Assembly (NCBI GenBank): GCA_951406725.2
Contig: OX597821.1
Location: 5,704,001 to 5,768,000 of the forward strand
Source of the DNA: Octopus vulgaris
Taxonomy: Eukaryota
Length of the DNA: 64,000 nucleotides
Reading direction: 5' to 3'
Shown: positions 40,668 through 54,499 of the stretch, one piece after another
Numbering within the stretch: position 1 is the stretch's first letter
Layout of the letters: each line of letters begins with the position of its first letter
Notes under the pieces: model-generated
The model's input: only the letters and a program-made list of their open reading frames with translations
Database searches by the model: none
Told to the model about the DNA's origin: nothing
Program-made: the position numbers and the translations under genes

Positions 40668-41718
40668 CATTGGGTTGTCCGGAAAGTTCGTGCCGATTTT
40701 TAAAGGAAAGAAAAAGGTCAATGAATACTTGCCATTACATTTTTAATCAACCAAATATGAACCATCTTGTTGCACAATGCGTCTCCATCTTTCCTTTAAC
40801 TTGAAAATACCCTCTTCCCAGAATCGAGGTGGTTTCATGGCAAAGAATTCATCAAAGTATCTTTTTACGTCATCCAAGTCATTGAAATTCTTATCATTAA
40901 CACTATTAAGACCATTCTGCAGAACCTGAATAAGTGGAAATCTGAAGGAGCAAGATCTGGTGAATAGGGAGAATTGAGTAACACATCCCTGCCGAGCTTC
41001 AGCAATTTTTGTCTGGTTCTCAAAGAAACGTGCGGTCTTGCATTATCATGGTGGAAAACAACACCCTTCCTGTTGGCCAATTCTTGACATTTCTCTTGAA
41101 TTGCTGCTTTTAACTCTTCCAGTTGTGTGCAGTATTTCTCAGAATCAATTGTCTGGTTACTTGGGAGAAGCTCATAGTACAGAATTCCTTTCCAATCCCA
41201 CCAGATACAAAGCAAAATTTTTTAGGGAGAAGACCCGCTTGTGGGGTGGTTAAGGGTGGCTCATGTCGCTTACTCCAGGATCGCTTTCTCTGAACATTTC
41301 GGTAGACATTCCATTTCTCATCACCTGTCATAATTTGCTTTAAAAAAGGTGCGTTTTCATTCCGTTTATAAAGCGAATCACAGATGGAAATGCGATCCAA
41401 AAGGTTCTTCTCACTCAACTCATGTGGTACCCAAACATCGTAGCGAGTTGTGTACCCAAGCTTTACCAGGTGCTCATGAACGACGGATTTTGATAGGTTG
41501 AGGCTTTCTGCCAATTCTCAGGTTGTGCAATGTAGTTGAACAATGACTTAGTGGATGGTCTGTCTGATCGCTCTTTATCAATAAGGCTACAATCTCCAGC
41601 TCGGAACCTTGCGAACCACTTCCGTGCAGTTCTTTCGGATAAAGAAGCATCACTGTAAACTGCGCATATTTCTTTGGTTGCTTGTGAGGCATTTTTCCCT
41701 TTACGGAAAAAGAAATTT
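40668..41718 (-). mobile_element. mariner (DD34D) transposon, frameshifted, one TIR, 5' end truncated
   Basis: WVPHELSEKN, MTGDEKW, HHDNARPH, SPYSPDLAPSDFHLF; TIR TTGGGTTGTCCGGAAAGTTCGTGCCG next to TA repeats. Confidence 0.92.
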
Positions 41719-42572
41719 CCCGTGCTACCGATATAGTCTTTCTGGCAGCCCGAGCATCTGATTACGTAGATCAGATCTTCGGATGAACAAGTGAAATTTG
41801 ATTTAATTGTAAAGTGTTGCCTTTGTTTAAAATTGCTTTCTGATCTTGCAAATGGTTGGGGCATGTAACATTTTGGGGTGATTACATTTTTTTGGCTTTG
41901 GAACTTGTGGAGGGGAATAATTTTGCATTAGTTAGCAGTTGTTTTAATGACTCAGGTTGTTTGTTGATTTTGACAATTTTAATGTCGCGTAAAATTATTT
42001 TTAGTTTTGGGTCCTTGTGTAGTATTGGCAGGTTTTGTATGATTGTTCTGAATGCTTCTTTGTTTCTGGGGTTGTCTGTGTTGTATATGTAGGGTAGTGT
42101 TTTAAGAAGAGTTTTGTTAATGTCTTTGGTTTTTCTTAATGTCTCCAGGTTGATAGATTTGGCACGTTTTATTCCTTCATTAATGAGTTGGATTGGGTAG
42201 CATCTATCCAGGAGGGCGTTTTTCACTTCTTGTAGTCTTAAATCTCTAGTTTTTTTTCTCTCATATTAACTTATTGATTCTTCTCTTCCTGCAAGTTTGA
42301 AGGGGATGTTTGTTTTTGTGTGTCTAGGATGGCAAGAGCTAAAGAAAAGGTATTGTTTTGCATCTGTTGTTTTATAAAATATGTCTATTTCGATTTTGTT
42401 GTTGTTTGTTTTTTTAATTAGATGCCTAGGAATAGAAGTGTCTGCTGGTTGTATTCCATTGTGGATTGAATGCTTGTGTGGATGCTGTTCAGAAGTGTTT
42501 TAAATTCTAGGAGTTTGTTTAAGTTGTTATTCCAGAGTATGAAACAGTCATCCAGGAATCTCTTCCGATTCA
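41719..42572 (-). mobile_element. Penelope-like element fragment (RT C-terminus to GIY-YIG N-terminus)
   Basis: RRFLDDCF, YKTTDAKQYLFFSSCHPRHTKTNIPF, YPIQLINEGIKRAK, DLIYVIRCSGCQKDYIGST; same family type as 5211-6650. Confidence 0.88.
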
Positions 42573-42619
42573 CTTTATATATATACAATTCTCTTTATAT
42601 ACATATATATATACAATAA

Positions 42620-42817
42620 GGGCCGGTTTCTTGGTTTCATGACGTATATATTCCCCACCTGAACGGGACGCCAATCCATCACTGGTCTTTTGCCAGCTGA
42701 GTGAATTCGAGCAACATGAAATGAAGTGTTTTGCTCAAGAACACCACGCGTCGCCCGGTCCAGGAATCGAAACGGCAATCTTACGATCTTGAGTAATACA
42801 ACTTAACCACTTAAGCC
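42620..42817 (-). mobile_element. SINE family A
   Basis: Reverse complement of the 696-949 motifs. Confidence 0.82.
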
Positions 42818-43485
42818 AAACACTCTCCCCCCACACACACGCACACTGAAACACGGACTCACACAGAAACAGGCAGACACAGATAGAACGATAGATATTG
42901 ATATAAATATATACTAGAGTGTTATCTGTCACGTGACGGGTATCTTTGGGACTATAATTTTGCTATCATGGGTAATATCATAAATTACAATTTAACATTT
43001 ATCAAATTTCTTGGTGCTTATAAAAAATAAAAATTTTGATGAAATGTATACTAATTTTCAAAAGTAAGATGGTTATTAACTTGAAATAAAATCAAACAAA
43101 ACAAATTTTTCATTTGTATATTTGCAATAAATATATATTATTTTTCTAAATTTTATCAACATAATCGAAAAGTTATCTCTGCAAAATTTAATAAATTAAT
43201 GAATATTTCTCAGAAAGTTATAAGACGCTCGTTCTGTTTCTCTTCTGCTAATTCTTTTTCAATCTGTCTTTCGTTCTTTCTTTCCATTATTGAATACGAT
43301 TCCAAGAGCGATGGGAGAAATCAACACAGCAACGTCTATATCTACTTTTATTAAATAGGAATATATATGCATGAATGCGCACATATATGAGTGTGTATAT
43401 ATATATGTGTGTGTATGTGTGTGTATGTGTGTGTATGTGTACGTGTATGCATGTATGTATATGTGTATATATATATATAAGATAT

Positions 43486-43616
<131 letters not shown>

Positions 43617-43783
43617 TAAAACTGTTAATCGTTTACGTAATATAACAATATATATATACATTTATATGTAAAAACACATATATATATAAACACGCACATA
43701 TAGATAGACAGACTGACAGAGAAAGAAACAGAGACAGACAGACAGAAAGACAAACAGACAGAAAGACAAACAGACAGGCAGAC

Positions 43784-43873
<90 letters not shown>

Positions 43874-43896
43874 GTAGGTAGATCGATAGATAGATC

Positions 43897-43980
<84 letters not shown>

Positions 43981-44966
43981 TGATATCTTTATTATTAGCC
44001 ACACAGGGCTGCACACAGATAGAACAAATTACAAGGTAGAGCTTTTCTTTTGAAGGTTTTTAAAAAAAAAAAAAAAAGGAAGGGGGAGTTTCGATCAAAA
44101 GGGATCGTAAAAGGAGAGAAAGAGGACAAAAAAGGGGGTTAAAAAAAGGGGGAGAGGAAAAAAAAAATTGATCAATAGGGATCGTTATCACAGAAATGTC
44201 AATATGAAGTGTAAAGGGGAGGACAGGTGAGGTTTACCCGTGGAAAGAAAAGCCTACGGAAAAGACCACGGTAACCTCGGTCAATGGAGTCACATGTTAT
44301 ATTTCTTTTTTTTTTTTTTTTTGAATAAGCAACTCTCTGTTTTCAATTTCTGGGTTCATAGGATCATGCTCAAGGTGGCTTCGTCATTCATACGTGCCAT
44401 TCTTGCTACATTCACCCATCTTTTTTTAAAACATTCGCTAGACAAAACTTGCCTCTCTACTCTCACTTTCCTTTTCAAGTGGTACTTGAAGAAGTTGATG
44501 AGAGATTGACCAGAGAGGAAAGTGTTTGTCTCCAATCCTTTCAGACGCGTCCACCAGATACATTCTTTCGCCATAGCCACAAGGATGATGAAAATAGCTC
44601 TTCCTTCCCGTTTGAAGGAGGGAGGCGTGACAATATTGACGATAGACTCAGCTGATAAACCGACTCGTCCCACACGTGACAGCAGTTGTTCGACATAAGC
44701 CCACAGGTCGGAAATTGTTGGACACTGCACGAGTGCGTGCACAACGGTTTCGTCGCTCTGACCGCATCTCGGGCAGGTCGGCCCCGTGTTTCTCGAGCCG
44801 TGTCTGTAGAGCTTATCCCGAACGGGTAGCGCTTCTCGGTAGCACTGCCAGGCCAGGGATCTCTGGAAGTTGTCCATGGGCCCTGGCCCGAAAGTCGTCC
44901 TGAACAGGTGGGTCAGGTACTCCTCGTCGACGTCCAGGTTCGCCCCGAGCTCGTCGTCGTACCAAC
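43981..44966 (-). mobile_element. Tx1/L1-clade LINE 3' end inserted in (GATA)n
   Basis: Open frame 44356-44966 with LAWQCYREALPVRDKL..CPRCGQSDETVVHALVQC (CCHC zf-RVT); AATAAAG at the 3' end; GATA arrays on both sides. Confidence 0.82.
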
Positions 44967-45049
<83 letters not shown>

Positions 45050-45056
45050 TTAGATT

Positions 45057-45162
<106 letters not shown>

Positions 45163-45733
45163 AACAAACAAACAAAGAAACAAAGATTGGTTGATCGGTT
45201 GATTGATTGATTGAATGCTTGATTGATTGATGAACAGACAAACTGCTAGAAACAGCCAAATCTACATCAACTTGCTCCCTATGAAGGTATCAACAAAAAA
45301 GAAAGATAGATTAGAGTGTTTTTGGCCCAGAAATTTAGAAAAATGGGATGCTCAAGGCCAGAACCACCTCTACTCATAAATCTACTCGTTTGCGGCTGAC
45401 CTTGGGTTAAACAATAACAACAAAGATACACCAACATCAGTCTCTGACCTTGTATCATGTCAAAAAGTAACTGTTTGATATTTCGTTATAACTAATGAGA
45501 TCGCGTGAAACTGTTGCAGGCGGCGGGGAATATAGGATGACGTAGTCCTCATCAACATATACAAGTATGTGTATATATATCTGTGTGTGTGGGGGGGGGT
45601 GCTTGTTATGCCTGTGTATGTATGGTGAGTGTAGTAACACGCACATTAATATATATACATTCAGATTTGTCAATGTCTATGTGTACGTATATAAACATGT
45701 GTGTGTGTGTACATGTAAGCTTATGTATGTTTG

Positions 45734-45804
<71 letters not shown>

Positions 45805-45928
45805 GCAGGCAGACAGGCAGACAGACAGGAAACAGATAGATAAATGGATATAGAGAGATAGGCATACAATTGCATATATATACATACATATATGTGTTTG
45901 TGTGTGTGTAGACATATAAATATACGGT

Positions 45929-45966
<38 letters not shown>

Positions 45967-45986
45967 TATTTTTATATAGATGTATA

Positions 45987-46021
<35 letters not shown>

Positions 46022-46180
46022 CCGCATATATATATGTAGATGTTTATATGCACGTATGTGTTTGTGTATGTTTGTATGGTATAGATACATGTATGTCTGT
46101 GTATATGTGTGTTCCTATGTACACAGAGAAACAGTATACGTGTGCGTGTGCATCTGTGTATATACATATATATACATACA

Positions 46181-46298
<118 letters not shown>

Positions 46299-46677
46299 GG
46301 AACATAATTTTCTGCACCATCATCATCATCATCATGTATTTCCCTGCGCGCTACAGTTTTCCTCTGATCTCATTAGTTATAATGAAGTAACAAATATAGT
46401 TTTTTCCATTCGAAATAAGGTCAAGCTAGATTTGACACTGTGTCGTTGTTGTCATTATTGTTGCTATTTATGCCCACGTAAACATTAATCAAGTAAACTT
46501 ACTATCAAAGGTGATTCCAGCTGTGACCATCCCGCGTTTTTATGCATACTTACATACAGCCATGCACGTTTCTCTCGCTTTCACTCACGCTGTCTGTCTA
46601 GCTGTCTGCGTGTATCTCACTCTCTCCCTCTATCTATCTATCTATTTATCTCTCTCTTTCTCTCTCTCTCTCTCTAA

Positions 46678-46710
<33 letters not shown>

Positions 46711-46860
46711 AAGAAAGAGAGAGAGAGAAAGAAAGAGAGAGAGAGGGAGAGAGATAGGAAGGGAGAGAGGGAGGAGGGGAGAGAGATGCATACATAATTA
46801 GATGTATGTGTATACACACTCACACAGACACACACTCATATATATATATTACTATATTTA

Positions 46861-47090
46861 AGGCGGCGAGCTGGTAGAAACGTTAGCACGCCGGGCGAAA
46901 TTCGTAGCCGTATTTCGTCTGTCGTTACGTTCGAGTTCAAATTCCGCCGAGGTCGACTTTGCCTTTCATCCTTTCGGGGTCGATAAATTAAGTACCAGTT
47001 ACGCACTGGGGTCGATGTAGTCGACTTAATCCCTTTGTCTGTCCTTGTTTGTCCCCTCTGTGTTTAGCCCCTTGTGGGTAGTAAAGAAAT
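46861..47090 (+). mobile_element. SINE family B, full length, young-looking
   Basis: GGCGGCGAGCTGGTAGAAACGTTAGC (A box), GTTCGAGTTCAAATTCC (B box), full body. Confidence 0.9.
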
Positions 47091-47207
47091 ATATATATAT
47101 TACTCAAAGAAATTACAACTTTGATTTTCACGTATTATTTACAATCTTACAATAACAAATAAAAGATAATATAATGAAATGACAGAATATTAAATGTCCA
47201 TTCTGAT

Positions 47208-47252
47208 TGAACTAGTACTTTCATGCATTAAACAATGCAATCTTCAGGTTCA
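47208..47252 (-). ncRNA. Minimal type-I hammerhead ribozyme motif
   Basis: UGAAC-CUGAAGA-U-UGCAUU(GUUU)AAUGCA-U-GAAA-GUAC-UA-GUUCA; perfect stem I, palindromic stem III AGUACU. Confidence 0.8.
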
Positions 47253-47450
47253 TGTAGTAGTGCTGACAGTTATGTCTTACGATTTACAACTGTAGCATGG
47301 TGGCTAAACTGTGTGCCTAAAATACATTTGTATAGGCTCCAGAACGTATTCTGACCAGTCAGTGCGTGATTTTACTAAATTACTTAAGTTGATTGATGTT
47401 TCGTTTAGGCATCATGGTTTGTTGAACATTGAAACAATGTCAAAGGTAAA

Positions 47451-47513
<63 letters not shown>

Positions 47514-47524
47514 CAATACATATC

Positions 47525-47569
<45 letters not shown>

Positions 47570-48008
47570 ATATATATATATAGAACAATCTTACTTAGAA
47601 ATGGATGCGTGCGTTCCGTCATATAATAAATTAATAAATAAAACATATGCATATATACATATATGTACGTACCTACCTCTACATGTATATATACACGCAT
47701 ATATGGGTACAGGACACCAAAAAAACGTCGAACACAATAAGAAACGAAAACATAAACACAAAACCAAGGAACTGGACATTTTTCCTAAACAACGAAAAAA
47801 TAGAGTACAGGATAAATAACACAAGGAAAATTCCCCTTCTTCATGGTTTCATCTACTCTGCGTTTCGAAGGTGAAGGCGATACGCATCTTCGATAGAAAC
47901 TTTCCTTCTGGCGAAAAGCAAATTAAATAAAATTTGAGATCTTTTTGCGGAGGGATAAAAATGGTAACAAAAACAGGACAGTAACGTCGTATATGTTTTA
48001 TTTATTAT

Positions 48009-48058
<50 letters not shown>

Positions 48059-48084
48059 ATACATATGTATATATGTTTATGTGT

Positions 48085-48296
48085 TTTACCTTTGACATTG
48101 TTTCCGTGGTTAGATTGTAGTCATGCTGGGACACCACCCTGAAGAATTTTAGTCGAATGAATCGACTCCAGTACTTTTTTTTAAGTCTGCTACTTATTTT
48201 ATCGATCACATTTGTCGAACTGCTAAGTTACAGGAACGTAAACACACCACAGGTTTTTAAGCGATGTTGTGGGGGACAAACACAGCCACACAAACA
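48085..48296 (-). mobile_element. SINE family C 3' half
   Basis: CATGCTGGGACACCACC..GAACTGCTAAGTTACAGGAACGTAAACACACC. Confidence 0.7.
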
Positions 48297-48351
48297 TATA
48301 TATATGTATGTATGTGTATATATATATATATATATGTCATAATTTAGGCTA

Positions 48352-49095
48352 GTCACATATTTCAACTGCTAAAGGCAAATACACTGCAGTTACCGTGCAG
48401 AAAAATCTTTCTTATGGTAAAAAGGTGTGAAAACACCCAGTTCGTTCAGTGTCGCCATCTCTCGGGAATCTCAGACAACGATGTTTCGGGATTATTGACT
48501 CTTGTCGATGAGATATACCAAAGAGAGACAACTCTGAACGAACTAAATAAAACTTGTAGCTTTATATATAATTCAGTCAACATGTTGCCTGATCTGCCCT
48601 AATAGATCGCCCGATTGAAATGAATAACAAAGTAAAGGTGCAGTTGGTTCAGACAAATATATTTCAACTAACCTAAATTCCGAATATACGTAAACACTGC
48701 TTTGCGCCATTACTTCGTTATTTATTTCGATCGGTCAATCTACTAGAGCAAATCAACATGTTGACTGAATTATATATAAAGCTACATGCTTTATTTAGTT
48801 CGTTCAGAGTTGTCTCTCTTAGTTACAGCTCATTGACAAAAGTCAATAAACTCGAAACATCGATGTTTAAGATTCTCGAGAGATGACAACACTGAACGAA
48901 TTGGGTGTTTTCATACTTTTTTAACATAAGAGAGATTTTTCTCCACAGTAACTGCAGTATACTTGCCTTTAGCAGTTGAAATATGTGATAAACATATTTC
49001 AAAAAACCTAAATTGGTGCTATACGTAGACACTGCTTTGCACCATTACTTCGTTATATATATATATATTTCAACTTACCTAATTCTGCGAAGATA
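48352..49095. mobile_element. Non-coding fold-back element: ~290-bp inverted arms plus partial tandem repeat (~337-bp unit), U3-A8 hammerhead variant in each arm
   Basis: 48352-48642 vs 48702-48989 inverted; 48655-48720 repeated directly at 48991-49056; HHR-like motifs at 48470-48512(-) and 48829-48871(+). Confidence 0.8.
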
Positions 49096-49111
49096 TATAT
49101 CTCAATATGTA

Positions 49112-49150
<39 letters not shown>

Positions 49151-49206
49151 ACATGATATATCCATACGTACATACTCCAAATGTGAATATGTCTGTGTTA
49201 ACTACA

Positions 49207-49920
49207 GTGACGCTCTTGTAATCCATTGGTCTAACCGCATGTGTAGTCTCTGTCATGTTTCTCTGGAAGACATCGCGCATATGATTAACAAGTGTTCTAA
49301 AATGTCGTCACGGTACTACCTCCCTATGTGGCACGATGTTGTTGCTAAAGTACAATGCCATCTGCAAAAAAGACTGTCCTCAAATAATCTTAGAATATCC
49401 ATCCCTGTAATGGAATACATTCATAAACACCAACTCAAGGAAAACTGGTGGAATATTCCCATCAAAACTTCTGTCAAATGTAAACATAACAGGCCAGATA
49501 TTGTTCTTTGGAACAGAGGGGCAAAAGTATATGCCGTCATAGAGGTCAGCTGCCATGCAGTTATAAATATCTCTTTTAAAATCCAAGGAAAAGAGGATAT
49601 CTATGGACAACTGCTTCGAAACTGCCAGCTTCTATATTGAGACTATAAATTCATATTTATACCAATAACAATTGGAGCGCTAAATTTTGTTAGTAAATGC
49701 TTAAAGGAAAATCTGGATCACCTGGGATTTTCAGAAAAAGAAATTGACCGGCTGATTCATATATTAAAAGTGCAATCTGTGAGCGGAACAGTAAAAATAT
49801 TCAAGATTTTTCCAAATGTGAATTTGTCTGTGTTAACTACATCCCAAAGATAGAGCTTTGTATCTTTGTTGGAAACCAGCTCCCTCCTCAGTGGAAGATT
49901 TGTAATAATTAAAAAATAGA
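49207..49920 (+). mobile_element. R4/Dong-like RLE LINE 3' fragment
   Basis: CSLCHVSLEDIAHMINKC (CCHC), HDVVAK, WWNIPIKT..KHNRPDIVLW..VIEVSC (RLE PD..E motif). Confidence 0.82.
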
Positions 49921-50414
49921 AAAAACATACATACACACATACATACATACATACATACATACATATTTGCATGTATGTATACATATGATTATATTCATGT
50001 GTGTGTATGTGTGCGTAACAATGGGGAGTAACTTAAATGGGAACCACCTGCTATTTCTAGCAGCTACAGCAACCCTGTAGAGTCTGTGCCCTTGCCTCTA
50101 CTACAGTGAACCGGCAGAGAACCAGCATGTTCCGATTTCGAATCCCACGAGGTCGCCTCTACCCCTTTATGTCTTTTCTGAATGTAGGATCTACAAACAT
50201 AGATACGTTGAGTGGACAATGAAGTGAAGATAGAAGAAAATGAAACTACAGTACTGCCCTAGTGTACTACAGACCGTATGTCAGAATATGCAGTAGAGGG
50301 CTCAACTGACATACAGAAATATAGTGGACCCGTGGGCTGTAGAGAGAGAGTATAACATGCTCAAGGAATCACAAATCGCTTCCCTTGTTTCCATGGTGAC
50401 AACATACCCCTCGA

Positions 50415-50645
50415 ACAGGACGCTGGTCCGATACTGGGTTCATGGTTTCCCTAGTGTATATATTTTCCCCTTGAATGGGACGCCGGTCCGTCACAGGTTT
50501 ATTGATTTTTGCCAGCTGACTTCAATGGAGCACCGTAAAATAAAGTGCTTTGCTCAAGAACACAATGCGTCGCCCGGTCCAGGAATTGAAACAAGAATCT
50601 TACGATCATGAGTCCAACACCCTTAACCACTAAACCACTCGTCCC
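50415..50645 (-). mobile_element. SINE family A
   Basis: GCTTTGCTCAAGAACACAATGCGTCGCCCGGTCCAGGAATTGAAAC..TTACGATCATGAG. Confidence 0.82.
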
Positions 50646-50654
50646 CACAGCAAT

Positions 50655-50988
50655 TTTGAGGGGAAGATACTCGTTGATTACGTTGACTCAAGTACTTAAC
50701 CGCTACCTTATCTTGTCCACTTCGAAAGAATAAAAAGCTAAGTTGACCGTGGCTGGATTTGATCTCAGAACGTAAAGCGCCGGAAGAAATGTCGCCTTTT
50801 CCACTCAGTATTGATATTAGTAAGTACTTGTGTAAGGCAGCAAGCTGGCAGAGTCCTTAGCGCGCCGGGTAAAAATGTTTAGCATTTTCCTCCGTCTTTA
50901 CGTTCCGAATTCAAATTCCACTGAGGTCGACTTGGCTTTCATCATTTCGGGGTCGATAAAATAAGTTCTAGTTGAATAACTGGTGTAG
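50655..50988. mobile_element. Two SINE family B copies in opposite orientation
   Basis: 50655-50790 (-), 50835-50988 (+). Confidence 0.72.
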
Positions 50989-51449
50989 CATCTGAGTGAT
51001 AATAACCTGGCTGGAAAATATTTCAAAAATACAAAATGGCGACCCATTGTAATTTTGTAGGTGACAAGTAACTTTGACATTTTCAATTCAGGAGTAAAGC
51101 TGTAAGAAAATACTCAAGGTTTTTGGCGGGATGCATAAAGGCAATCAATCGTATTTCCTGTGTTACGGTATAATGTTTGCAAATGTTTGGTATCTTTGTG
51201 ACTTCAGCACAAAATCCTCCACGGAGATCTCTGCACATTTTAGAATGTTCGAGAATATTAGATAATTCTAAAGAACCACACACAGACACACACACACACA
51301 CATACACGCACTAACATACTCACACACACGCGCACACACTTTGTAGCTCTTTGTTTCTCTAACCCTCTCTCTCACTTTCTTTCTGTTCATATCTTTGTCT
51401 TTACACACATACATGACTATTTATATACTTATAAACACACTCATATATA

Positions 51450-51505
<56 letters not shown>

Positions 51506-51676
51506 CATAAGTGTGCTTGCATATGTGTTTATGCATAAATGAATGTGTGTGGGCATGTATATATATATATATTAAATACGTAAATATATATCTTAAATTT
51601 CTATAAAAAGCAATTTTATATATATATTAATACAAACATATATATGTACATAATACACATACATATGTATATATGT

Positions 51677-51761
<85 letters not shown>

Positions 51762-51784
51762 TATAGATAGATATATAGATACAT

Positions 51785-51826
<42 letters not shown>

Positions 51827-52325
51827 GGGCGTATATATACACGCACATACACACACAGAGTATGTGTATGCTTGCGTGTGTAAACGTGTATATATGCGTG
51901 TGACCATATTTATCTGTGTGCCTCTGTGTGTGCGCACACATACCCGGATGTGTTATCAATTTTCCACAGACACCATAAATAAAGAATATAGATATTGTTA
52001 TAAATAAAATAAATAGAATCATAATAATAATTTTCTCTTCACTTTTTCATGTTTTGCGCTTTTTCATTGATGTTATATTTATCTCCATATTTCATTGTTT
52101 TGGGGTTTTTTTTTCTTTTCTCATTTTCATATTCCGTTCTGTTGATAATTTCAAAAATATCCTCTGAACCACTTCTCTCTCTCCCCCTTTCTTTCTTTCT
52201 CCCTCTCTCCCCTCTCTCTCTCTCTCTCTCCCTCTCTCTCTCCGCCACCTTTCTTCATTTGTTTTCTTATATGCAGTCTCCCTGACACTAGAACCTATAT
52301 TAGTCAATATTCCAGGTGTTCATGT

Positions 52326-52835
<510 letters not shown>

Positions 52836-53129
52836 CATTCTTTTTTCTTTCTTGTAATGTTTTCTGCTACCAATAACGATAATTACTCTTCCATCTACAG
52901 ATCAGTCAGATGGTGACGCGCATGCGTGTCTTAGTATTCGCAAAATGTTATCTCGAAGCATATCTCGATAAACGCCTACGTATAGTGATATTGCAAATAT
53001 GTGAATGTGTATGCATGTATATGCATGTGTGTATGCGTATATACGTATACAAATATATATGCGTATATAGATGCATATATGTCTCTAAATACCTATGTGT
53101 ATGCTAATATATTAAGGTATATACATAAA

Positions 53130-53196
<67 letters not shown>

Positions 53197-53350
53197 TCCT
53201 ACATACATATATATGTGCGTTTATGTATGTATATATATGCATGTATATATATGCGTATATTTATATATATGTATTTATGCAAATATGTATGCATGAATAC
53301 ATATTTATATACACGTGTATATATGCTATATATGTGTGTGTGCATGCATG

Positions 53351-53415
<65 letters not shown>

Positions 53416-53424
53416 GTGTGTGTG

Positions 53425-53735
53425 TGAAGGCGCAATGGCCCAGTGGTTAGGGCAGCGGACTCACGGTCGTAGAATCGTGGTTTCGATTCCCAGACCGGGC
53501 GTTGTGAGTGTTTATTGAGCGAAAACACCTAAAGCTCCACAAGGCTCCGGCAGGGGATGGTGGCGATCCCCGCTGTACTCTTTCACTACAATTTTCTCTC
53601 ACTCTTTCTTCTGTTGGCCTGCTCGCTTAGCCAGCGGGGTGGCGTCATTTGAAGGCTAAAACAAATCGAAGCGCATTGTGACCAGCGATGTGTAGCAACA
53701 TCTGATAGCCTGATCGATCACGGTGATCACGGTGA
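53425..53735 (+). mobile_element. tRNA-derived SINE (family A-type head, different body; related copy at 60580-60880)
   Basis: GGCGCAATGGCCCAGTGGTTAGGGCAGCGGACTC..GGTTTCGATTCCC; (CACGGTGAT) tail repeat. Confidence 0.8.
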
Positions 53736-53784
53736 TATATATATCCCTAATTGCATAATTGCATATATATATATATATATATAT

Positions 53785-54420
53785 ATACCGGGTGCGGTGA
53801 ATAAACAGTCGTCTAAATTACGCAAAAAGGAAAATAACTCTGACATCTCATTTTAACAGATATATTTACCAAAATTACATAAAAATATCTTGAAATACTA
53901 AAGACTAACTTTATTCAGCAAAATTGCCATTGGCTTGAACCACGGCCTCCAGATGACTTCAGAATCTCTTGCAACTCTTCTGGACATTCTTCTTGTCTAA
54001 TTTGCTGAATGCTGCCATAATCCTTGCCTGCAGTTCATCTTTGGTGTTACAAGGAGTTTTGTTGGTCACTCGTTCAACTACGCCCCACACTTAATAATCA
54101 AGGGTGTTGCAGTCTGGGGAATTAGTTGGCCAGATGTTAGGGGTGGTGTAGCCGCAGGAATTGTCTGACAGCCATGACTGGGTTCTTCTTCTTGTGTGGC
54201 ATGGTGCAGTCCTGTTGCCAGACATAGGGTTTTCCAGCAGCCACCCTCTTGACCCAGCGTAGCACTACCTCCTCCAGGCACTTGATGTAGGCTTCCGTGT
54301 TGAATATGAAACCCGTGTGGGAAGATGAATGGAGGAATAACGTCGCCATCACTAGTGAAAATTCCAAACACCATGATGTTGATTGGATGTCTGATTTTTA
54401 TCAATCTCGGTACGTATCCT
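53785..54420 (-). mobile_element. Tc1/mariner-superfamily (DD37D/maT-like) transposase 3' fragment with TIR
   Basis: IMVFGIFTSDGDVIPPFIF, YIKCLEEVV, YVWQQD, WPANSPDCNTLDY..WG; TA-CCGGGTGCGGTG terminus. Confidence 0.78.
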
Positions 54421-54499
54421 CAAATTGCACTGTCCTCCTATTGACACCCAGTATTGGAGCTTCCAGCATGTCGATTACCAAATTACTGGCAAGGTGAAT

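Noticed and set aside
41463-41864. Apparent GIY-YIG/mariner fusion ORF
   Set aside because: A chance in-frame junction of two truncated, frameshifted elements near 41718
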